Shown piece after piece: positions 12,246 through 24,600 of a stretch of DNA of 64,000 bases (its first letter is position 1; each line of letters opens with the position of its first letter). A model generated the notes under the pieces. The model was not told where the DNA came from, searched no databases, and saw only the letters and a program-made list of their open reading frames with translations. Source of the DNA: Flectonema sp. DT1601 (taxonomy: Eukaryota). The DNA is taken from the NCBI GenBank assembly GCA_964019425.1, contig OZ025793.1, positions 930,001 through 994,000 of the forward strand, in the 5' to 3' direction. A program made the position numbers and the translations under genes.

Positions 12246-15052
12246 ATGTCTGACAGGTGGTCTGACGAGGACTCTGATTGGGATCGAAGAGTCTCTGCGG
12301 AGATAAATCGTTATAGGGGAGGCGACCTTGAAAAAGCTGTTCGTTTTGTTGATCCTGAGAAGCAAGCATTATCGACAGGGTTAACACTTCCGAATCAGGT
12401 AACTGAAACGTTACTAGACACTGATGATGAGTACTCAAGCACATTAGATAGCGAAGGTAATCATAATACAACTGTTCCTATCCGGCCATTTGATCCTTCT
12501 GAAAGTATCCCCGGTGACGGTACCACAGGTATCGTATTATCAGCACTTCCAACATCAGCTCTCGTTAATTATTCTCCAGATGACATAGCTGCTGAGTTCA
12601 CTGACAGATTAGCAACAGTTGAGAATTCTCTTCACGAAGCACGTGAAGAGCTGAAACAAAAAGACGAAGAATGGACTTTTAAAGTTCGTGACATCGAAGT
12701 GTCAAACAGCGTTCTCGAAACAGAAGCCTCCATTCTGAGAGCTGAACTTCATGAGGCGAGAGAGAAGATCAGTCTTTTTAAAAAGAATCTTTGGGTCAAA
12801 ACTTTAGATGTGGAGACAATGAAACTGATTGAAGATGAAGTTGCTGAAGTTGTGGAACTAAAGAATCGCGAAATTGAAAACCTCCGAAAGCTAAAAGACG
12901 AGGAGCTTCGACTCGTCAAATCCAAACACCTCGAAGACCTCGAAGAGCACACCAGAGAACTGACTGAACAGATGGATCGAGTTCGTGAAGCTGCCTATCA
13001 AGGTGCATCTTTGCTGACGAGTAGCGTAATAGAAAGTGAAGCTTACGATGAAAGTTCGAATAACGCAAGCGGAAATCCCCTGTTGCCGTATAAAAGTGTT
13101 TCTGATCCGCTTGGCATTTTGAAAACTTTAAAAAATATTGATACCCACCTCTATGAGAAAGTTTACGGCATTCAAAAACTTGACCACAGTCAAAACCCAG
13201 TACTCTCACCCCACACTCCGCAGGTGGTTACGACGCCTCGTTCTCCGTTCGCCGCTGGCGGGAAAGTTGAGGATGGATTCTCTGAGATATTAGGAGAGTT
13301 TAAAAATAGAGAAGTTGAAATGGTAGAAAACCATCTCGGTGATAACAATGAAGGAGCTTCTCTTATAACTCAACAACAGGAATTAGAAGACAAGCTGAGA
13401 GATCAGATACTTGAAAACAGAAATCTGAGGGAAGAGGTCATCGATGATGTCGACGACATTTTAGAATCCGCAGCAATCCAACAACAGCAACACGATAACA
13501 GCAACGAGTTTGGTGAACACATCCAACCGATTATTGATCAGGTTGGATCTGTGAGGTCAAAGCTGCAAGTTTTCGACAGCCAAACTCGTTATTTTGAGGA
13601 CCAAGTCGCCAACACTGTCACTGCTCAAACAGCTCTTTCAGACCCTCTTCTTTCTTCATCAATGGCAGACTCAAAGTTCAAAGTCCGTCTGGAAGCCGTC
13701 ATTCGAGAAAACGACCAACTGAAAGCCAGACTGCACACACTGGGTGCTAATAAAATTTCATCCATGGGAATAAAGGAACTCGACGATCGGAAAACTGAAC
13801 TGAGAGCTCTAACAGACTCATTAGAATCACAGTGTGCAGCATTAAATAATCAATGTGTTCAGTTAGAGAATCAAAAAGCTGGTTTAAAGAGAGAAGCTGC
13901 ATCATTGAGTGACAGTCAACTGTCATCAAGAAAAAGAGACGGAGACGGTAGCAATAGTTCAGATACCAGTAGTGTTAATGAAGATGAGAGTTCTGGTAAT
14001 GACAGCATGTATGATGCTACTCATCCAATCGCATTTGATGATCAGATAAGAGAAGTTAATGATCTCGTTGAGGAACCGGAAGAAGAAACTCAACAGCAGT
14101 CTGAAATCGAAAAACGACAATTCACTTCAACAATGAGGAAAGAAGGACACATTGCATCCCTCGTTGAACAGATTTTACAATACTTGGAATGCGGTACTTT
14201 CGTCTACCGTATTGTCGGAGGACAAGTTCAAAAGAATTTTGCCTATCTAAAGGCAAGCAGAACAGCAATAAACATCTGCGCCGTTGAAGAGGGAGTGGGA
14301 AGCCGTAAGAAGTCCCTACAGGTCATATTCCTTAAAGACGTAAAACAAATAATTCTCGGTCAATACTCAGAACAATTTAAAGTATTCCTAAAGAGTAGTA
14401 ACAACACAGTAATTGACCCTGCGGAACTTCATAAAGTTCCACATTTCAGTGATGGACTTGAGGTGTATAACACTGGACTTTACTTTTATCGTTCGTTTTC
14501 ATTGAAATTGTCGAAGGGGAGGGTATGTATTCATATTACACACTAAAGAAAACAACAACAACAACAACAAACAACAAACAACAACAACAGTGGGCAAACT
14601 TTGTTTGTCATTCAGACAACGATTACGAAACCTGGATGCTTGCTTTGCATCGAATTACAACATTTGAACCAGAGTATGCAAAGACGTGCGACCTTGTCAG
14701 AGTTCTGCGAGGTTACGATAGTTTAGAACCCGTCGAAAAAGATTTCTGTGAACGCAGTCACATCCCTCCATTACAATATTTAAACTGCAAGACTCAATGT
14801 TTGAAACAAGAACACAAGATATATTTAACTTTATATGATGTTCTTCTTCTCAGTGGGTTCGATCTCCTTCATTCTCAGAAAGTATTCGAATTGTGGTTGT
14901 CGATGGAATGGATAGAAAATAAGATAGTTTACCAAATTAAGTATTTAGAAATATTTCCTGAGGAGGCTAGTAACCTTGCTGCTCGAATTGATGGGGAACG
15001 ACAGAAGGAGAAAAATAAACAAAGAGACTTGTTGTTGTACCAACAGCAGTAA
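12246..15052 (+). CDS. Coiled-coil protein with C-terminal PH-like domain; intron 14523-14590
   Basis: A GTATGT...ACAACAG intron joins ORFs 12246 and 14525 in frame (..SKGR|WANFVC..). E/K/L heptads; YRSFSL...DYETWMLAL is PH-like. Confidence 0.75.
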
Positions 15053-15504
15053 TTATTAGCCGACTTCTTGCCAAGATATCTGTTTTGTGTTCCAAACGGC
15101 TTGTACACCTGTAGTTCGATTTTCCCTTTTTTTTTTTAGGGAAAAAAAAAAATTTAGAAAAAACTAAAAAAAAAAATACTAAACAAAATTGAGGCTTGCT
15201 TTTTAGATTATTCTGCTCCTGTTTTTACTATTGATTTTCGATTTTTTTCCCCCCCTATTTTCTTTCCCTCTTTTTCCATTGAAACACCCTCTCCTTCACA
15301 GGCTTAATAAAAAAGATGAAAGATCCCCTACGTGCTTGCTGCTATTCGTTGCCTAACAAAAAAATAATGTTAGGCAGCAAACTTCCTTTAGCTTTCTCTG
15401 TTTAGTCGGTTCGTGTCACAAACAAAAAACACAAAGTATCGAAATTTAGAAATCGCGCAGCAACAACAAGTGTTATATTACTATTTTCTATTTTTTTCTG
15501 TAAC

Positions 15505-15535
<31 letters not shown>

Positions 15536-15651
15536 CTATTCTTCTGTGAGGAAAACAATTCATCCAATTTCATCACAAATAGTTCCTCTGCGAAGGGAAC
15601 TTTAAATTAAAGTAAATTCTTCTTAAAACTTATTTCCAGGAAGGTTCAACT

Positions 15652-17417
15652 ATGAATTGGGTACTAGCGGGATTACTGCTGATTATATCATCTTCAAATG
15701 CAAATGTGGAACTCGAAGTTTTAAAAGAAGTTTACACGGAGCGTAGCACAAAGCTAAGTAGTCGATTGCATACTCTCGATATTATTATCAGTGAAGAGGT
15801 TGGCAACAAGGATTCTTTGCTTTTTTGGGAAAACAAACGGAAGGACACAAATAACAGGCTAGACCTGTACAAAAACTTAGCTGATGTGAAAACAGTTCCT
15901 GATTATGTTAATATATTCGAAAATGTCAATTTGACCATGTGGAAGAACGAACGGGATTTATGTATTCTGTACTCAGAAGAGAGAATTACAGAGAGAACCG
16001 CATTCCTGAATAGCTTGGGTGACTTGGCCGAAAGCGAAAAAATACATATAGAGGAATACATTAAACATCGAGAGAACTTAATTGCGGCTATCAAGGAAGA
16101 GCAGGAATGCTTTTCCGCTGAATACAAAGAGTGTCTTTCAAAAAATATAGAGCCCATTCCAACAGCCGTTCCAACAGCCGTTCCAACAGCCGTTCCAACA
16201 GCCGTTCCAACAGACGTTCCAACAGACGTTCCAACAGTCGTTCCAACAGTCGTTCCAACAGTCGTTCCAACAGACGTTCCAACAGTCGTTCCAACAGACG
16301 TTCCAACAGTCGTTCCAACAGACGTTCCAACAGTCGTTCCAACAGCCGATCCAGCAGCCGATCCAACAGTCGTTCCAACAGCCATTCCAACAGCCGATCC
16401 AGCAGCCGATCCAACAGTCGTTCCAACAGCCGATCCAGCAGCCATTCCAACAGCCGATCCAACAGTCGTTCCAACAGCCGATCCAGCAGCCGGTCCAACA
16501 GCCGATCCAGCAGCCATTCCAACAGCCATTCCAACAGTCGTTCCAGATCCAGATGTTAAAAAACCAGACGCTCCAACGGAGGTATCAAAGTCGAACGGCA
16601 TAACTTCAGCTCCTCAGGCTGGACCGCAGGCTGGACCGCAGTCTTCAGATAACTCACTGACGTACTTACTCGCCATAGCTACTGTTATTCTTGTTATTTA
16701 TCTCGCTTGGGGTAATAGACATGTAATTATGGAATATGTAAAGTCCCAGATGGGTGGTGGTGGAGGAGCTTCTGGTAACGCAGATCTTGAAATGGGGTCA
16801 TCGTGTGTGTGATTATTATTTATCCTGAAGGCTCTCAAATGTATTTTTTGAAAATACTTCCGAAACCCTGGGAAGAAAGTTTGCACATTTTTCCGTGTGC
16901 AAATTTGACGATTTTTTCTTCACTTTTTTTGTGAAGAGGTTTCTTCATGTTGGTGAAAGAGAGAAAAAAGATTAAAAAAAACAGTTCCATCAGACCATCC
17001 AGGTGAGGTGCGGATAATAAACCCCACTCCCGAAGTACCTCATGCCCCACAGCCCTCTCAAGGGAGTGGGCTGATGATGTCGGCACCTACGGCTACAGAG
17101 TTTAAAAAGAAAACAACAAAACTTGGGGGGGTATCGTTGGGGAAGATGACTGATATTACTTCTGCGGTATGTTACTTTATATCTGCCATCAGAAACAGAA
17201 ACCCAAACTGGTCTAATATAACTACTACGAAACAGCCACCGCGACCAGTTGTATCTCAAGCAGATGAAGAGTGGGATGATGATGGTTGGGGTGATGAGCA
17301 GGAAGTTTTAGTTGTATGTGTTTACTTTATCGTACTAATTGAAAACACTTCCCTAATCTTACATCACTCAAATAGGTAAACAATAGGGCCAAATTTCCAG
17401 GCAAGAAAAGTGACTAA
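15652..17417 (+). CDS. Signal-peptide, Pro-Thr-repeat type I membrane protein; introns ~16805-16984, 17167-17235, 17314-17375
   Basis: N-terminal signal peptide, PTAV/PTDV repeat 16159-16545, TM LTYLLAIATVILVIYLAW. Splicing gives an acidic WDDDGW tail ending GKKSD*. 3' exons are less certain. Confidence 0.65.
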
Positions 17418-18164
17418 GTGAGATCGCAACATTGGTTAGATATATCGAACCTACAGAAGGACTGTAACAGCGGGAATACTAATTGTCTGGTCTTATGTCG
17501 CTATATTCTAACTTCCGTCTAACCTATTGCTTCATAAGCCTACTCCTAGCCATTAATAATAATTCCTCTGTTTTTGTTTGTTTCATCCCTGTGTTGGTGT
17601 TATTGTATTCAAAATGAAACTTATTCTTTACTATTGTCTCAAATCACTTGTGGAATTGTTTTGTTTGGTTGTTCTTTCACCTCTTTTTATGACTGTTTAT
17701 CGGCCTAAGTCAACCAGTCCGAATCAGGAAGTTCTATCGTAAATCGGCTTAGCTTAAACAGAAGATATTTATGTGTCTTTATTATTTTTTTTTTAAAAAA
17801 AAAATTTAGTTTTAGTCTGCTTTTTGGATTGAAAGGCAAAGAGACAGAAACAATGAATGGGATAAAAAAAAAAGAGAGAAAAAAAAAAAAGAAAAAAAAA
17901 ACTAAACAGGAAAAAACGAAGGGAAAAAAATATAAAAAAAAGAATCAAAAGAGTCAAATATCTACCTTTTCCTCAGTTATGCAGCGTGTTTCAACTTGTT
18001 ACTTAAGAGGTTAGTTTTTTTCCTTTTAATTTGATCATAATTCACACTACAATAGTTAAAAATGAAAACTTGAATCAAAAGCCAATGATATAAAAGACTT
18101 CACTTGATTACAACTTTATCTCATTACTTTGAAAGTTCTTTTTAGGTATCAAAGAACTCTACTG

Positions 18165-18736
18165 ATGAGTGGCAACACAGATACCACATTGCATGCATCG
18201 GAACTTGAAAGATCTCGAGAAACGCGTACTCGAGGTCCATATGAATGGGTTTACAAGAAACTGTACGGTACTTATCCAAGAAGAGCTTGCTACAACATAA
18301 GAGAATTGTATATTCAATGTGTACTGGCCACTGATTGTATAAAAAGAGATAGAGATGTATGTTTTTTCTTCGAAAAAGAAAAGAAGAAAAAAAAAGAAAA
18401 AGGATAGTTTTTATTGTGACAGCGTGTATTGATTTTATGTGAACAACACAACAAAAACAGTTTGAGAAGTGTCGCAGAGAACCCGAATGTTCTGCCGAGA
18501 GAACAGGTCTCAGTCAATGTCGAATGATGTCCATAAGTCCAGCAATGAAGATGAAAGGAAATCGATGGGACACCAGAACAGAGACAGAAGCGAAGGAACT
18601 GTTAAAACAAGAAAAGACTAAACAACGTCAACGAGAGTTAGGAGAATCTGTTGATGAGACTCACGAGGTGTTAAAACGAAGGCAACACGTTCAAAAGGGA
18701 TTGGACAGACAAGAGAACACTCAGCCTCCCGTGTGA
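18165..18736 (+). CDS. COA5: Cytochrome c oxidase assembly factor COA5/Pet191-like; intron 18357-18460
   Basis: Spliced product RACYNIRELYIQCVLATDCIKRDRD|FEKCRREPECSAERTGLSQCRMMSISPAMKMKGNRW matches the Pet191 Cys pattern and RFRGN-like tail; phase-0 intron. Confidence 0.75.
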
Positions 18737-18958
18737 TTCCCTCTGTGAGATCATTGATGGATAATTCAATAGTAGAGTACGGCGCCTGACGGTGCGCGCG
18801 GTTTGTGTTTTTTGAGGACTTTCTAAAGACCGCCGTTTGAGGAAATGTTGTCCAAATTCAGAAGAACATTTTGAAGCTGTCGAATCTTTGACAGAAAATA
18901 AACTCTCGCACGTACGAACTCCGTACCTCATTCCTTTTCCAGCTACCCAACTGCACTG

Positions 18959-20281
18959 ATGACAAGTTACGATGACTACAAAGATATGCTTCGTGAGATT
19001 CCTGTTGGAGCTGGAGCTGAGTTAGTTGTTACCTCTCTGGGTGTTATGAAAGCAGTCGATGTGAAGGGAGAAACACCGATACTCAGCGAGACATATTGCA
19101 GTTCGGAATTGATAGCTGAGCGCAAGCAGCTTCGGGAACAATGGAGAGACGTAGACGACCAGATATTTGAAAAAGCCAGAAATGTGGCGGACCCACTGAT
19201 GAATGTTAGTCACAGAGAGATTCCTTTCAGGACTAGAGCGGCATTGAAGTTGGCGGATGTGAATCAGAACTTTCGAGTAATTAAAAAACAATCAACGGCA
19301 ACAACTACTTTTGTTGATATTTGTGGAGCACCAGGCTCATGGACTGAATACCTTTGTTGGTTCACAGATGATAATCAGCAAGTCAAAGGTTGGGGGCAGT
19401 CACTCAGAACGGATAATGATCTTCTGGATTGGCAACTCGATTATTTCAATACGAAGGCTAAGAAGAAAGGTCTTACACCAAAAGACTTTATAATATGGGG
19501 ACCTACTAACGATGGGGACGTAACATCTGCAGCAAACCTAATCTCTCTCGCAATGCATGTTCGCACTGAAACAGACAGTAAAGGGGTTTCTGTAGTTATG
19601 GGTGACGGTGGTGTGATTGAGGAATCAGCTTACGAAGCGATGGAAACCCAACTTCGCTCTGTAATTCTCGGAGAGATACTCACCATGGCGCTGACTCTCA
19701 GTAAGGGAGGTAATTTTGTTTTAAAAGTGTTGGACGCCAACACTACTTTCACAATATCAATGTTGTGGTATCTCTACAACGAGTTTGAAGAAGTTGCATT
19801 GGTAAAGCCGCTGCTGTCAAGACCAGCCAACAGTGAGAGATATTTTGTTGGTAAAAATAGAAGAAATTCACCTTCTCTATGCCGACCTCCTCCTGACATA
19901 CAAAAAGCGTTGACAAGTCTCACAGAAAAGTCAGAATTGTCTTCTGTTGACTGCACACGATTGTTATTTGTTACTCAGGAATTCGAAAAGAAGGGAGTTC
20001 GAATGCAGCAATTGTTTGATCTTCCTTCTGACTCGTCTCATCCATTCGTTTCCTGGTTGTTTTCTCACAACACTAAACATATTAACCAACAGCTATCAAT
20101 CTGTAGAGTGATAACGAGGGTTATTAACTCACCTGATGAGTACAAAGACATTCAATCTCTTCATCTTGAAATGTCAATCAAGTGGTGGGCCCAGTCTGAG
20201 ATGCGTACCTTACGGAGAAGTCTGAAATCAAAAACTGACGACGGGAACTCTGAAGTTAAGAGACCGAAAGCAGGCGAGTAG
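18959..20281 (+). CDS. CMTR1: Cap-specific mRNA 2'-O-methyltransferase (FtsJ/RrmJ; MTr1/CMTR1-like)
   Basis: RAALKLAD, FVDICGAPGSWTEY, GDGG, GGNFVLK, KPLLSRPANSERY (K-D-K-E tetrad). Confidence 0.88.
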   Translation: MTSYDDYKDMLREIPVGAGAELVVTSLGVMKAVDVKGETPILSETYCSSELIAERKQLREQWRDVDDQIFEKARNVADPLMNVSHREIPFRTRAALKLADVNQNFRVIKKQSTATTTFVDICGAPGSWTEYLCWFTDDNQQVKGWGQSLRTDNDLLDWQLDYFNTKAKKKGLTPKDFIIWGPTNDGDVTSAANLISLAMHVRTETDSKGVSVVMGDGGVIEESAYEAMETQLRSVILGEILTMALTLSKGGNFVLKVLDANTTFTISMLWYLYNEFEEVALVKPLLSRPANSERYFVGKNRRNSPSLCRPPPDIQKALTSLTEKSELSSVDCTRLLFVTQEFEKKGVRMQQLFDLPSDSSHPFVSWLFSHNTKHINQQLSICRVITRVINSPDEYKDIQSLHLEMSIKWWAQSEMRTLRRSLKSKTDDGNSEVKRPKAGE

Positions 20282-20577
20282 CTGCTCCAAGTTTGACCAA
20301 CGTGATAGTTGGCCGCGACTGTCCAAACAAAAAAGTAAATCACGCGATTTAATACGAAACTAGTCATTTTCATTTAAGGTTTTCAATGTCTAATTAACAT
20401 AACTCCCACAACAGCCACTGCTGAACTCAATTACAATGTGCTAAAGAGGTTTTGCCGATTGTTTTGGGAGACGTTGAATTACTGTTTTTTAATAAATTAT
20501 TTCCATCCACAGGGTTGTTATTACGAATCCCAAATAACGAAATAACGATTTAGCGGAAATAGGACCGGAAGGGAACG

Positions 20578-23343
20578 ATGCCTTCTCACCGAGAGACGGC
20601 TATTTCGGCGATAGAAACAGTGCTACATCCAAGTAGCAGTGCCGAGCTACGAATGCAAGCCACACAGTGGTTAGAAGGTGTGGTTGCAAGTGATGATGGT
20701 TGGGGGTTGTTGATGTCGTTATTGGCGGAGAAGACACCTGACGTAAGAATGAAAGCAGCGATATTGGTAAAAAATAAAATAAAAAAGACGTCCGATAGAC
20801 TCGATGAACGGGCTGCCAACTCCATGGCCGGCGCAATCTATGAGAAACTAATCGAAGAGGGCACCTCCCCATCTTCATGTGCACAAGTGATAATAAACCA
20901 CTTAATAGTATCTCTGGTACTTGTACTCGCTAGGGTCCCAGAGAGTAGTAAGGGATTGATACCAAGAATAGCTTCTCATCTATCAAACAGTCCCTCTTCC
21001 CTTACAATGATACTCAGAGTTCTCGCTGATGAAATAACAGTTCTCAAACAAGCCATACCATCTCATGCATCAGAATCGCAGCAACACGAAGTTTTTGGAC
21101 CCATTTTTGCCTTGGGAAAAAGTTTAAAAAGCGCCTCTCAGGAAACTGTATCACTCATAGAAAAACACGTTCTTCAAAAGAGAATAACTCTACTTGAGGG
21201 ATTGAAATGGTTTTCTGCTTGGATACCATATTTAGAAATTGAAGTGAGTGCCACCTCTAAATTTATGAGTTGCATTTTTGAGTACAACAAAGACATGCTA
21301 CCTGGTGAGAAGGAGACAATTCTTGATTCATTAAAAGCTCTGAGTAGGAAATGTTCTTCTTCAGTACATCCAGAAGTGGTTAATAAAATCTTGGAATTGA
21401 CAACAAAAATTGCTCGTCTTCTGGAACCCGAAGCAGTTGTTAGTTGCGCTCTCATCGCATCGAATTACACCACGTTATTAGTACAACAAGTTATTGAAAC
21501 TCAGCAACCTGGATTTTTAGTTACGTTCCTCTCTACTTACGCATCAGAGTGTTTGTCACAAAAAGACAAGTGTGAAAACGGTGATTTCTTAGCCAACATA
21601 ACTCCTTTCTGGACTGGCATCAGAACAGCTGTGAGAAGGATTAACGAAGACAGCAGAGAGTTGGTGACTCCAATTCTTACTCAGCCGGTAATGAGTTTGT
21701 TAAGATCGACACTTAAGTACTTTGAGATTGATGATAGTCACAGAGGGGAAGATGAGGATGTCAATCTTGAATGTTTACTTCGTGATATTGCTGTAATTAT
21801 CAAGCCTGGTGTTTTTATGTCGACGGTTCTTCACGAAATCTTTCAGGGAAATCTGTCTTGGAAACCTCTCGAGTCACGAATAGCATCCTTATCAGCGATA
21901 TCAACTGTTGTTGGTTATGAAACATGGGAGGATCATTCTCAAGCTCTCTGTAGCATGCTTCCCAGCGTTTCTTCACCCGATTGCCACCCAACCATTCGAA
22001 TAGCATACTGCTCTGTACTTCATAGAGTTTCTTTTGCATTCGCAGCTAATCCCGAGCAACTTAGGAGTGCTGTAGAACTTCTTCTCTCAACCAAATCTTT
22101 CAAATCGCTTTCCCGAGTCTGTCTCTCCCTCGGAAAAGAAATGGCTTCCGACCCTCAAATCCTTAAAATCATGACAGAGGCTTGGACAAATTTACCTCAG
22201 ATCGTAACTTCATCAGAAGGAAGTTCAACAAGAGATGCGGAGGTGCTCTCAGATTCGTTGTGGCAGGTACTTTGCAAAACACCATCGGATGCAATGACTG
22301 CTCATGTATCAAGTTTACTGCAGCCAGTGACTGTTGGGATTGATTCTGCTTTCTCATCTGGTGATCAGGGCAAGGCGTCTTTTACTTTAGAGAAACTTCA
22401 ATTTTTAATAAAGAAATCCAAAACCTGGAGGAGTTTGCAACCAGCTGCGGGTGACAGCCACCGTGAGAATGTAAGAGCAATGTGGACGGGGTTCTTTGAA
22501 CCAATATTAGGAGTTGTGTTCCCTTGTCTTGATAGAAGTCTTCCAAATGAAATAATTAATGCATCAGCTGGATGTGTTGCTGGTATGGCTTTAGTAAGCA
22601 ACAGTAATCTTCAACAATGGCAACCTGTTCTTGAGAGACTCACTGCTATTGTGTCAAATGGTTACCCTCAACCAGAATTGTATTCTGTGATAACAGAAAT
22701 AATCCGACCGTTCTGCCATGACGACGAGGCTTGCAAAGCCCTAATTGGTTACCTGGGTGCCTTTTTAACGAGTGCTGGCAAGCATCTCACTCAAGTAGGG
22801 GACCCGAGCTTTTCTGATGTTCCATTAGCCAAGGCTGTATTTAGAATGCTTTCTGAAGTATTAAAAAGGAATGTAATAATTGACAGTAAATCAAGAAGAT
22901 CAAGTCTGGCTATTGCACTAGTCAACCAATTAGGAGCCCCGATAGTGGAATTAACTTGTCAGGCAATGAAGAGTTCTGTGGTAGTGGAACCTGAGCTGGT
23001 TAGATATGTCTTATCGACTTGTGAGGCCTTACTGCTGATTCCAACCAGAGCTTGCGCACTTGTTAAAGACTGTGGCCCTCAGCTAACAGCAGCTGCTATA
23101 ATTGCAACCACTCACAAGCCATCTGAAGCACTTGCTCAGCTCACCAAAATTCTAAATACCCTTAAAAAGTTTGGAGGTGACCTCTTTCAGCCTTGGATCG
23201 CACAGGCATTTGCTTCTGCTAATCTTGGACTTCAGTCTGGTGTCATTCAACAATTCACAACAACAATAACTCAAAATATCCAGCCATCTACAAAACCAGC
23301 AGTGGAAGGTTTATTTAAGGCAGTTCACTCTCAATGTGTTTAA
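20578..23343 (+). CDS. Importin-beta superfamily HEAT-repeat protein (transportin-SR/importin-13-like)
   Basis: N-terminal RMQATQWLE...GWGLL...AAILVKNKIK IBN_N-like segment; helical 921 aa; SWKPLES motif. Confidence 0.7.
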   Translation: MPSHRETAISAIETVLHPSSSAELRMQATQWLEGVVASDDGWGLLMSLLAEKTPDVRMKAAILVKNKIKKTSDRLDERAANSMAGAIYEKLIEEGTSPSSCAQVIINHLIVSLVLVLARVPESSKGLIPRIASHLSNSPSSLTMILRVLADEITVLKQAIPSHASESQQHEVFGPIFALGKSLKSASQETVSLIEKHVLQKRITLLEGLKWFSAWIPYLEIEVSATSKFMSCIFEYNKDMLPGEKETILDSLKALSRKCSSSVHPEVVNKILELTTKIARLLEPEAVVSCALIASNYTTLLVQQVIETQQPGFLVTFLSTYASECLSQKDKCENGDFLANITPFWTGIRTAVRRINEDSRELVTPILTQPVMSLLRSTLKYFEIDDSHRGEDEDVNLECLLRDIAVIIKPGVFMSTVLHEIFQGNLSWKPLESRIASLSAISTVVGYETWEDHSQALCSMLPSVSSPDCHPTIRIAYCSVLHRVSFAFAANPEQLRSAVELLLSTKSFKSLSRVCLSLGKEMASDPQILKIMTEAWTNLPQIVTSSEGSSTRDAEVLSDSLWQVLCKTPSDAMTAHVSSLLQPVTVGIDSAFSSGDQGKASFTLEKLQFLIKKSKTWRSLQPAAGDSHRENVRAMWTGFFEPILGVVFPCLDRSLPNEIINASAGCVAGMALVSNSNLQQWQPVLERLTAIVSNGYPQPELYSVITEIIRPFCHDDEACKALIGYLGAFLTSAGKHLTQVGDPSFSDVPLAKAVFRMLSEVLKRNVIIDSKSRRSSLAIALVNQLGAPIVELTCQAMKSSVVVEPELVRYVLSTCEALLLIPTRACALVKDCGPQLTAAAIIATTHKPSEALAQLTKILNTLKKFGGDLFQPWIAQAFASANLGLQSGVIQQFTTTITQNIQPSTKPAVEGLFKAVHSQCV

Positions 23344-24264
23344 ACCAGACAACGTCAACAATGACATTGTCAGAGCGTTTCTCATTCTCTGTAGTATGAA
23401 CAGAGTTAGATTGTTTTTCCTTCAGGGGCCACTGTGGTTTCTATCTGTTTATATTAACAGACCGCCTCAATCTGCTACGTCAGCAGATTCCTTTGCCCGC
23501 TGAATTATAGTCTTTTAGGTGAAACAATGATGCTTTATTCATCGTTTTAAGAAAAAAGTAAAAGAAAAAAGTTACTGTCAAGTGCCCTCCCCTATTCCCA
23601 GTGTGTCTATTTTATATTTTATGGTTCGTTCGTTATCAGCCTGATCATCACGGTGGGTGGTGCAGCTTTATTTTTGTTTTTATAGAATTCAAATATTTTT
23701 AACAACAAGAGCGTGAAGAAAAAAAAAAGAAGCTGAAAAAGCAGTGATCCACAATGGCAATTTTTTTTTGTAAAAGCATTAGTGCCTTTGTTCTTCTAAA
23801 AGGAACACAGCCTTGTCTGTCGATTTCCATTTTGAAGATCACAGAATTTCAATACTAGATTATTTATGGTCAGAGCCGACTCTCATGAAAAGTTTACAAG
23901 CTTACATGCTGATGGAAGTTGGTCTTCTTCCCCTCCCCATCCCTTTATTTATTTTATTGTTTAGATTGTTCCTTACCATTGCCCATCACTGCTTCATTTC
24001 TCTTGTTGTTTATTGGAATTGTCAGCAGTGTTTGTATGGGTTAGGTTATAGCGATATTGGGTGAGCGATGTCGTGTTGGCTTTAAGTGGGCTGTTGCACC
24101 CTATCCTTTGTTCAGCAGCCTTCTTGTCGGTTAACTTTTCTTTGTTTGGTACCCTGACCCATTTAAATGACTCAACCCAAGAAGTATTTGAGCCTGAGTG
24201 ACACTTTCTAGTGCAGAAACAAAATCTATTTCTTACAGCAGCACAAATGAAGGCATTGAAAAAA

Positions 24265-24336
24265 AGGGCACACCCGGGTTCGAACCAGGGACCATTCGGA
24301 CTGCAGCCGAACGCTCTACCACTGAGCTATGTACCC
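24265..24336 (-). tRNA. tRNA-Cys(GCA)
   Basis: Reverse complement gggtacatagctcagtggtagagcgttcggctGCAgtccgaatggtccctggttcgaacccgggtgtgccct folds as a cloverleaf, followed by a T-run terminator. Confidence 0.97.
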
Positions 24337-24600
24337 TGCTGGTAGAACTGCGGTAGACTCTTAGTAAGGCAAATACCCGTTACCTTTTGGGAGTTATTTC
24401 ACAAACCTGCCAGGTTTCTTGACATGTTTGCTATTCTTCTTAAATCATCTCCCTAGTAAGAAATCTTGCTTCCATTTGTTCCAAGACTAGAGCAAAGCAC
24501 TTGCGGCAGTGACGTTTTATCGAACCTACATTAAATGTACGCGTTGTGAACTGCGGAGAACTCACGAGCATATTTCTCACCCAACAGTAAACACCGAATA

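Noticed and set aside
24337..24600. Divergent snRNA/7SL gene next to the tRNA, as in trypanosomes
   Set aside because: No U1/U2/U4/U5/U6, 7SL or SL motif recognised here or near tRNA-Leu.
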